64,000 nt of DNA. Origin: Sminthopsis crassicaudata (lineage: Eukaryota). Position numbers and translations under genes: made by a program. The stretch's first letter is position 1. The number at the start of each line of letters is the position of its first letter. The notes under the pieces were generated by a model. The model saw only the letters and a program-made list of their open reading frames with translations, made no database searches and was not told the origin of the DNA. Shown here piece after piece: positions 61,956-64,000 of this stretch. The stretch spans positions 478,461,294 through 478,525,293 of the forward strand of contig NC_133618.1 in the NCBI RefSeq assembly GCF_048593235.1, read 5' to 3'.

Positions 61956-64000
61956 AGCAACAAAGATTAAGAGAGAGAGAGAGAGAACCTACCGAGCCCT
62001 ACTATTCACCCTAGCCTTAGGCTAAATCTTGCAAGAGATATGAGGATTGCATCTCAGGACACTCCTCAAATTGTAAGATGGATCCCTTAGATAAAGGTTC
62101 AAGGTAGTTATGGATTTCTATCCCCTCAGAACCATAGTTCATCAGACTAGTCCACTAGAACACACAATGAATTCAAAACAAAAACACTTAATAAAATACT
62201 ATAGTAAAAACAATTGCAATAGAACACAGGTTCCTACAATATATATACTATCAGTGATACATACTATCATTACATATGTATCAAAGAGCACTTACAGAGA
62301 TTATGCACAAGGTCCCCGCTCTAGGGGAATAGGTATGTGTTGCCCTCTGAAAGCCAGTCAGTGTCTTCCATTTATATTCTCATTGGACCTGCTTCTTGCT
62401 GGTTGGGACATTCTAGTGGGCTCATGGCTCCCCTGACAGCTGGCGAATTTTTTTCCTTCTAGCATATTCTTATTCTGGTTCTGTAGTCTCAGTGTACCCT
62501 GAGAGCTGTGCAGCATGGGCTGAGTTTTGTTTTCTGCTTTGGTCTTCTTCCAGAGCCACCCAAACCTTTTCAGCTTTACTCTGCTAGGGGATAATGGTTA
62601 GAACCTCTCCCTAATAAGAATGGCTCTTTTGCCATTTTTATAACATTGTCCCAATGCTCTGCTAATGAAAAATAAGTGATCCAGGTTAAAGTTAGGTTTT
62701 TCCTTTTCAAGCCTTTATTACTAGGTGAACAAAGCCCACTTTTATTGATAATTTCCTAGTTCAGAATATCCTTTCTGTTTGAAAATTTAAATAAATTTTA
62801 ACCTGAATGAGGTCAAATGAGAAGACGCATCTCTCCATTAATTATTAATTAAGGACACATTCCTGTCTTTCTTGTGCATAATTGTCGGCAGCAAAGCCTG
62901 ATTGCTTTGGCGAGCAAAAAAACTGGAGCCTCTCCATGTAGGAGATGTAGCAATAAAACATTTCTCCTAGACAACTATCACACCTGCTCCATTAAATGAA
63001 TACACTATCAGCAAGGGAAATGACAAAGGTTGGACACGTTTGGAAACCATGGAAATGGAGGACCAGTCTAGATCCCTGAAGCTGCAGAGCCACTGATCTT
63101 CTAGTGATGTCATTGCCCTGCTTCTTTCCTACTTTCTTCCTGTTGATCTCTGAGTGGTGTGGACTCTAATGCCCAGTGGTTTCCACGTGGTTCTGTAAGA
63201 ACCATGGTCACTATTTAAATGTTGACAAGTCACTAAGCAACTAAGGTTGTAGAGTTTATCCTCTGTTTCTACCTTCTGGATTCAGTTGAGAGCCCTTACC
63301 TAATAAGCTATCTATTCTTTGTAGTAGGATAAGTGGGTTCTGCATTGTCTTTTTTTTTTTTTTTTTAGTTTAAAACCTGTAAGATTTTTCAAAATATATT
63401 TCCTTTAGGAAAGAAGAGAACTTTTAACATACTCAGTTACTGGATTAGAAAGGGGATTAAAAAAAAAAAAAAAAAAAAACTTTTTTGGTGAAAAAAATCA
63501 TACTGCTTTTTCCCCCCTCAAGAAAAATGGTTTAGTTCCTCAGAGCTTTGGCTAGAAGGGAGTTTTGCCTCTGAGAAGCTCTTTGCCTTATGGAACAAAC
63601 TGTAAGAAACATAGAGCAGGGTTGCTAACATCTAGCCAATGTCCTCAGGCTTAATTCAATTTTTTTGAATTCTTATTTCTTGGTCATTGAGAGATGAATC
63701 TCTATTAGAGATGCCATTCTAGCTTAGGGCTAGAAAATTTTTGTGTCTTTTTATTTAATTCTCAAGAGGCTATATTGTGCCCTCAACTAATTTCAATGGA
63801 TCATAGGATCATAGCTTCTGACACTAGTGGGACCTCAAAGAATTTTTGCCACAGAGGGTTTAATTCTTTTACAGTGTCTTTGGGGATATGAAATGCTTTG
63901 TGTCTGCTACCCTAATGGTTCTAAGCATGTTCAAAAGTTAAGTCCTGATGGCAAGGTCATGGTCTGTCTCTTGCTTAACTATTCTTCCTAGCCCTTCATA

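Noticed and set aside
1-64000. CRISPR arrays, tRNA/rRNA/snRNA genes, known miRNA matures, NUMTs
   Set aside because: None recognised by eye. tRNA-like A/B boxes all belong to SINE heads. An Infernal/Rfam and miRBase scan would be needed to exclude them formally.

Overview
Mammalian genomic DNA, most likely a dasyurid marsupial such as the Tasmanian devil. This is inferred from young WSINE1-type and Mar1-type SINEs, an RTE LINE, a 7SL-derived retrocopy, abundant MIR/L2/L3 and short N gaps typical of a short-read assembly. The window is gene-poor and no long ORF is a credible CDS. What I can support: (i) the last coding exon(s) and AT-rich 3' UTR of an unidentified + strand gene at 1-1.5 kb; (ii) a CpG-rich divergent promoter at about 12.4-13.1 kb, with a predicted three-exon - strand transcript (12841-12550, 11163-10997, 6122 downward) carrying small ORFs, and a + strand first exon ending at a perfect donor (13128); (iii) a second CpG-rich + strand promoter at about 46.0-46.45 kb; (iv) many transposable elements, including two solo LTRs with intact target-site duplications; (v) several repeat-free, motif-dense blocks that look like enhancers. 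I could not name any gene. I found no evidence proving a new biological system; the best candidate for an undescribed unit is the divergent promoter and its spliced small-ORF transcript. All gene models and family names come from reading by eye, not from database searches.
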